A stretch of DNA of 64,000 bases, taken from positions 66,065 to 130,064 of the forward strand of contig QZIX01000009.1 in NCBI GenBank assembly GCA_003599635.1, given 5' to 3'. Below are positions 62,401 to 64,000 of the stretch, piece by piece. Under the pieces are notes generated by a model. That model saw only the letters and a program-made list of their open reading frames with translations, had not been told where the DNA came from and searched no databases. Both the position numbers and the translations under genes were made by a program. The stretch is from Candidatus Parcubacteria bacterium (lineage in GTDB: Bacteria; Patescibacteriota; Patescibacteriia; Buchananbacterales; SURF-54). Each line of letters begins with the position of its first letter. Within the stretch, counting starts at the first letter, position 1.

Positions 62401-63140
62401 ACGACAGAACCAGCAACCGTTTGATACGGTCAAGGGTAACTGACAAAGAAGGACGGTATAATTTTCTTATTCCGCCCGGTTATTATTACCTGACAATTAC
62501 CAAACCCGATCATATTTATCCTTCAGCCGTTTTAAGGCAAAAAAAACAGGATATGCAGTATCTTGATATTTATCACGGCGAAGTAATAGATGTTATAGAC
62601 AAGGATGTTTTGATAACGGCAAATGTGCCGATTGACCCGGTCAGCGCCGTTGAAACTCCCAAAGAAGTCATCCGCAAAAGAAGGATTAAGAAATTACAGT
62701 CCGGTCTGGCATTCGGGTCAGTACCTTTGTCATTGATTCCGCTGATGATAATTCCGTCGTCGACAACACTGACTCTGTTCGGAGTTCAATCAGCCCTTTT
62801 CTTACTTTTCAGGAAACTGGCTGTAGCCGCCAAACCCAAGGGCTGGGGGATTGTCTATGATCTACATTCAAAATCTCCCCTGAAAAACGCGGTTATGAGA
62901 ATTTTTGACAAAAAGTACAACAAGCTTTTAGAAACGCAGGTGACAGACAACCGCGGCCGTTACAGTTTTTTGACCACAGGCGAAGATTATTATATAGTGG
63001 CCGAAAAAGACGGGTATAATAAATTCCAAACCGATATTCCGGCAATAAAAGAAACCGGTCAGGGAAAAATTCAGGAGTCAGAAAAAGTTGTCAGTCTTGA
63101 TATCGGGCTGGAAAAACAGCCGGGTCAGGATGTTTCTTAG
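53421..63140 (+). CDS. Giant multidomain cell-surface protein (3,239 aa)
   Basis: Continuous ORF; N-terminal TM anchor, acidic SPDE/PDEE repeat linker, two Gly-rich beta-helix-like modules, two ~370-aa tandem repeats ending in an FN3-like YYFKIWA motif (Ig-like/FN3 fold inferred), a Myxococcus-type Cys-rich repeat, four MopE-like CDG...D.DC repeats, Cys-rich modules, two C-terminal TM segments each followed by a CarboxypepD_reg/transthyretin-like domain. Confidence 0.85.
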   Translation: MMFYSEQDTMKIRKTKRKFKKRDFLILRSEKNQRRELNDFSGKEKNIDHFYTRNSRFTSPLPPAKYGFGPLLRKLEKKLILNPYSAVFYFLLIFVLVQGTFPVFSFQFKNKVWQTAADWQEWQVDNLSITENGNLVLAQYVEDEPDIEVLSENNDIAGDIQIEDGQIFPSGDESLEDDETGSMGEQISEDEDSAGDDLDDDPGAETEDILSDLQQESPDEQSPDEESPDEQAPDEEITQDEETAPDEETVPDEESDIQNGQTDYILGESSGDGLTETENDDIQNNPLPDDLANQPDEAADDNSEEIQDLSQIMDDLSVEKNDTPEDDSESENSAGDISEIIEDGVGGPEISLDYDDEILVEPPKQPAQLYQIQGSAQIYYEPEQGINQVWKDYKAKIKGSDEENRVDFTFSADNVFYTQDMSQLPVSPGIYIRANFFGTGQKTPLLGSFKIFYRDENSDEAPAEENLNLTGQEKKKFDRFSSKKLNNVQLSPEKKQQRKAKLTNKKVAPEEVIEKRNLFSRSFAVKQGSRKFNKGKVKTKLNDSSFRTEIFRYPVNYQDEEGAWQIIENDFEQIDLKDLDGKLDSGQEQDSDSQTDSNSESSQNNDNDSETANESEENAESEADFIFATLDNNWQTFFPNLASQPHRIQYQDRIIEYRIVGADQNSVARVESNKITYPEVFENVDFVYTIDNERVKEDIIVKSPVELDISYQMNVANVYFVRAEDGSINFYDQTTDDKIFSLQKPYVTDFIGQKADLDLEVEKAGENSYLIRLLNTTGVELDDPRIVYPIIIDPTTTIYAAGTNIYVDGDVWTNGTGSYTYFDVTLAAARSGFYGTNQYRSFFDFDTSGIDDDVTITDVVLKVYVAATAGGTLSVNAMAQQVGFTSSTPVVVYTDAGDGTVYYTGTPTASAYNNLDLGTTADSDLQTNLASNWFGVGATTTTGLTSINTSGMASNKPYLDVAWTYTDCVDLTIGEDTSLAEDLTCTGTITVNNGATLTVSGARTITANALTLDNGDITNSGSGEQSTTTLAITSAITLSNSSDITSNLNVTAATLTLNSGTTISANSKGYPSNTGPGTRGTGAGGGYGGKGGATGSATAGSMWGKSSDPENLGSGGGLGSAGLLGGVGGGLIIMDISGTFTLSGTVSANGGNGATFGSATGGGGGSGGGINITAGTLEGDGTITANGGNGGASTNFAGSGGGGGRIFVNYDTSTFSNETGATTNGGTGGGGGGTNGSTGEDGTIGFFDATSNDINIYEGWQWQEGEDLDFRNVTIANAPKIRTTSTADITLTGNLTVSTSTWEIYSGLYPEIKADNLRINNSDITNNGTGEKSTTTLNITNDITISTNSTTTSNLDITAASMTIEDTVHLIADGLGYNSEAGLGAGTSGSGGGYGAAGGASGDGDAGGTTYGEAATPTFLGSGGSNGTVLGGYGGGGGGMIYIKVTGSFIHNGTISSKGNDGTASTADGGGGGSGGTVFIKTGDTMLGAGNIFARGGSGGSSSGAQGGGGGGGGRIATRQCTNSFTGTKSATGGAGGSPSGVAGSDADVNNNDTFCPPSSNFNSASQKSDGSGDADLSFTVDDQDDSNVKMKIEYTSDANCETGWSDPTLVGPVSVAYGSAPDLDNGNAYQVGTVTGVSTSSGVNDPVQFDWDSDTDLPAGNVTYCLRVTGNDGTDDQIRPSTITLTVDNVNPTVSSLAISTPAAADYNDGVDDWYDQGQYAQMAFTSTPADTNLSSCDWTWNHSDGTSYDYSDTNVEIGTDGDITTANMSDGVIDLSDDTDGTVTLTVTCSDSYGNSGNSNISFKFDNTSASGLADLAVNAIDDTTATLGWTAASSVSNFDHYEIWYGTNETDVANRNGTAAEWDNDDDGNLTTISTTSTTITGLTTGQTYYFKIWAADEASLNNEATATGTSGYTSSNTAPTGVFTVSSLPTQKTDGSGYVDISITVDDADDNDTMAKIEYDTDGTCDGPWLDPTILGLATATYSDSGGVPDVNNANDYQIGTTASTRIITSSGANTVTFDWDSKTDQASADGTYCLRLTVNDDTADQAVPATQTVTVDNVNPTVSSLAISTPAAADYNDGADDWYDQGDYAQMAFSSTPADTNLSSCDWTWNHSDGASYDYSDTNFEIGTDGDISAANMVSGGIDLSDDADGTVTLTVTCADAYGNSGNTNISFKFDNTAPTGLAGLAAAADGDTAVDLTWTAAAESNFGHYEIWYGTNQSDVNGRSGTATEWDNSDDAALATAATVTTNISGLNNSSTYYFKIWAVDDLVNEATLDSISFAFSVCGDGVAEGSEQCDASDLNSQSCETLGQGFIGGTLACSGSCTYDTTGCTSSQGCTTCGNDDNDDDTAFVISSVEVGQITGSSAQISWLTNIDSDSYVYYGLTPAYELGFYYINELTQNHSVTLGDLQPTTTYYYKVYSVAGSDSDESNGSVFATAQCSAGEHLICGQTEVGLCTFGWRDCVSGYWGECSAVLPAAEICGSGEDEDCDGFIDLDDSDCACISGTIETCGETDIGLCEFGQRTCQDGQWGECSAVLPAAEICGNGEDEDCDGLSDEGCPVCVPGSLQECGLTDVGECAMGIRYCGEDGIWGLDCVNAVYPVPEVCDDFKDNDCDGFIDIEDDECEVCSPGSITECGTDIGICRQGERTCQENGVWGVCYGAIYPAEEVCNDEMDNDCDGDTDENCCQPVWQCYDWSECKDNRQVRICIDINSCGVSEGMPETIRDCDVCTPNWTCGWSGECIGGVEDLVCVDLNECNKQEEAPVDHRACSVCGDGTCELEETYDNCNIDCPQQECKISCPNSCYTVDAGECTCIVQSACCGNLVCEENENYNTCPDDCTVKQKECGDGIDNDNDGRIDFPEDEGCSDDKDGSEASFKEMILNAGDKSKDLIGFSGAILNAAKNALKPVQNFTDNPEVEKVSERVVAPAAVALGSAAAMSAVNFTSVLAYLQYVITQPFYLFARRRRKKWGVVYNSVTKKPVDLAIVRLYDRTSNRLIRSRVTDKEGRYNFLIPPGYYYLTITKPDHIYPSAVLRQKKQDMQYLDIYHGEVIDVIDKDVLITANVPIDPVSAVETPKEVIRKRRIKKLQSGLAFGSVPLSLIPLMIIPSSTTLTLFGVQSALFLLFRKLAVAAKPKGWGIVYDLHSKSPLKNAVMRIFDKKYNKLLETQVTDNRGRYSFLTTGEDYYIVAEKDGYNKFQTDIPAIKETGQGKIQESEKVVSLDIGLEKQPGQDVS
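54060..54190 (+). repeat. Tandem acidic coding repeats (ESPDEQSPDEESPDEQAPDEE...)
   Basis: GAATCGCCGGACGAACAG-like units repeated head to tail. Confidence 0.6.
58090..60250 (+). repeat. Two tandem coding repeats of about 1.1 kb inside the giant gene (each ends in an FN3-like motif)
   Basis: 58486-58720 and 59596-59830 are about 85% identical; the protein segments NVNPTVSSLAISTPAAADYNDG...YYFKIWA are duplicated. Confidence 0.8.
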
Positions 63141-63163
63141 TGGAAATTGGTCCGTTATTTTTG

Positions 63164-63234
63164 CGGCCCGTTCGTCTAGTGGCAGGACGCATGGTTCTCA
63201 TCCATGCAACGGGAGTTCGATTCTCCCACGGGCT
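63164..63234 (+). tRNA. tRNA-Glu (anticodon CUC)
   Basis: Cloverleaf by hand: acceptor GGCCCGT/ACGGGCT, D-arm GTCT-AGTGGCA-GGAC, anticodon stem CATGG/CCATG with loop TTCTCAT, T-arm GGGAG-TTCGATT-CTCCC; TTCGTCTAG.GGC.AGGAC is typical of tRNA-Glu; no encoded CCA. Confidence 0.8.
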
Positions 63235-63453
63235 AACTACTGACGCACGGCTATTCCGACTCGCTTCGGGAAAATTATAATTTAAAATAAAAACGGTCAT
63301 ATATATTAAGAGTTAACATAAAAATAATAAATCTATGTTAACTTGACAAAAATCGAAAAATTTGGCAAATATAAATTATCGGTTCTTTTACAAAAAACTC
63401 CACAAGGGTAATTTTCCATGATATAAAGATTTGGGGAAAGGAAGGTAGATAAT

Positions 63454-64000
63454 ATGGGTCTCAAAATCCTTATCGTCTATTTTTATGTGATGATCAGTAT
63501 GCTTGCGTTTTACTGCGCTTTCATTTACTTTGGAAGCAACAGGCAAAAAAAAATGGAAAAGGTAATACTGTACTTTTTTCCATTGCTTCCCATTTTCTTT
63601 TTGTTTCTCATTAGCTGGCGTTGGTCAATGATGACGTTGCAAGTCCCGGCATTAACTGATATTTACCATTGCTATCGCGGGATAGCCGATCCTGTTAGTA
63701 CGCCGTATCGTGACGTTTGGCAGGTTGAATCACCTACTTTTTTTGCCCTGATGCGAGCCATACTTTTTTTTACCGGCGATAGTCTGGAATCCTATGCCAG
63801 GGTAATTAAGTTTGGCAATTGGATGAGTTTATCTGTGTTTAGCATCTGCCTGGTTATATATTTAAGAAAAATCAGGCCCAATGGTTTTGCCCAGTGGCTA
63901 AATTTAACATTTGAGTTGATGTTTTACGGCCTCTGCGGATTGATGCTGTTTGCACGAAATTACCAGTGCGGTAATTTCAATTGTTTGACCATGGGTTTTG
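63454..64000 (+). CDS. Hypothetical polytopic membrane protein (5' part; continues past the window)
   Basis: RBS ggaaaggaagg; consecutive TM helices. Confidence 0.45.
   Translation, partial: MGLKILIVYFYVMISMLAFYCAFIYFGSNRQKKMEKVILYFFPLLPIFFLFLISWRWSMMTLQVPALTDIYHCYRGIADPVSTPYRDVWQVESPTFFALMRAILFFTGDSLESYARVIKFGNWMSLSVFSICLVIYLRKIRPNGFAQWLNLTFELMFYGLCGLMLFARNYQCGNFNCLTMGF

Overview
This 64 kb window comes from a low-GC, AT-rich bacterial genome. It has short intergenic spacers, many genes that overlap by 1–4 nt, and numerous small membrane proteins. The gene content is compact and a cell-surface protein of more than 3,000 aa is present, so I infer a Patescibacteria/CPR-like organism. I could not run a taxonomic search, so that placement is inference.

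Core content, in order along the window:
- miaA, then a minus-strand de novo pyrimidine operon: pyrB-pyrD-pyrK-carA-[antisense orphan gene]-NUDIX-carB-pyrC-pyrE-pyrF.
- gatB.
- A thymidylate/dNTP operon: dCMP deaminase, thyA, DHFR-family reductase, dNMP-kinase-like P-loop protein, dut, a 782-aa membrane-anchored protein, tmk.
- secE-nusG-rplK-rplA, then gyrB.
- A MacB-type ABC exporter with two FtsX-family permease paralogs.
- A DUF151 nuclease, a CIRCE-controlled hrcA-grpE, hsp20, dnaK and dnaJ.
- tRNA-Glu(CUC) near the 3' end.

The most unusual locus is a tightly coupled nine-gene operon directly upstream of a 3,239-aa mosaic surface protein. The operon encodes a small membrane protein, a GT-C-like polytopic glycosyltransferase, a GT4, a short-chain polyprenyl diphosphate synthase, a GT2, a UbiA-family prenyltransferase, a radical SAM protein with a SPASM-like C-terminus and a B12-binding radical SAM protein. 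I propose it is an isoprenoid-linked glycan or lipid modification system that decorates the cell surface.

Other notable observations:
- A family of GTCATYCTGAR-type palindromic MITE/REP-like elements at nine or more intergenic sites.
- A small insertion carrying a 304-aa orphan protein, flanked by a direct repeat of the tmk 3' end.
- A candidate small RNA with a consensus sigma-70 promoter and an intrinsic terminator.
- A candidate attenuator hairpin abutting the pyrB start codon.
- Palindromic operator-like sites upstream of the thymidylate operon.
- A GC-rich gene for a secreted protein that looks horizontally acquired.

No CRISPR array, rRNA or obvious transposase was seen.
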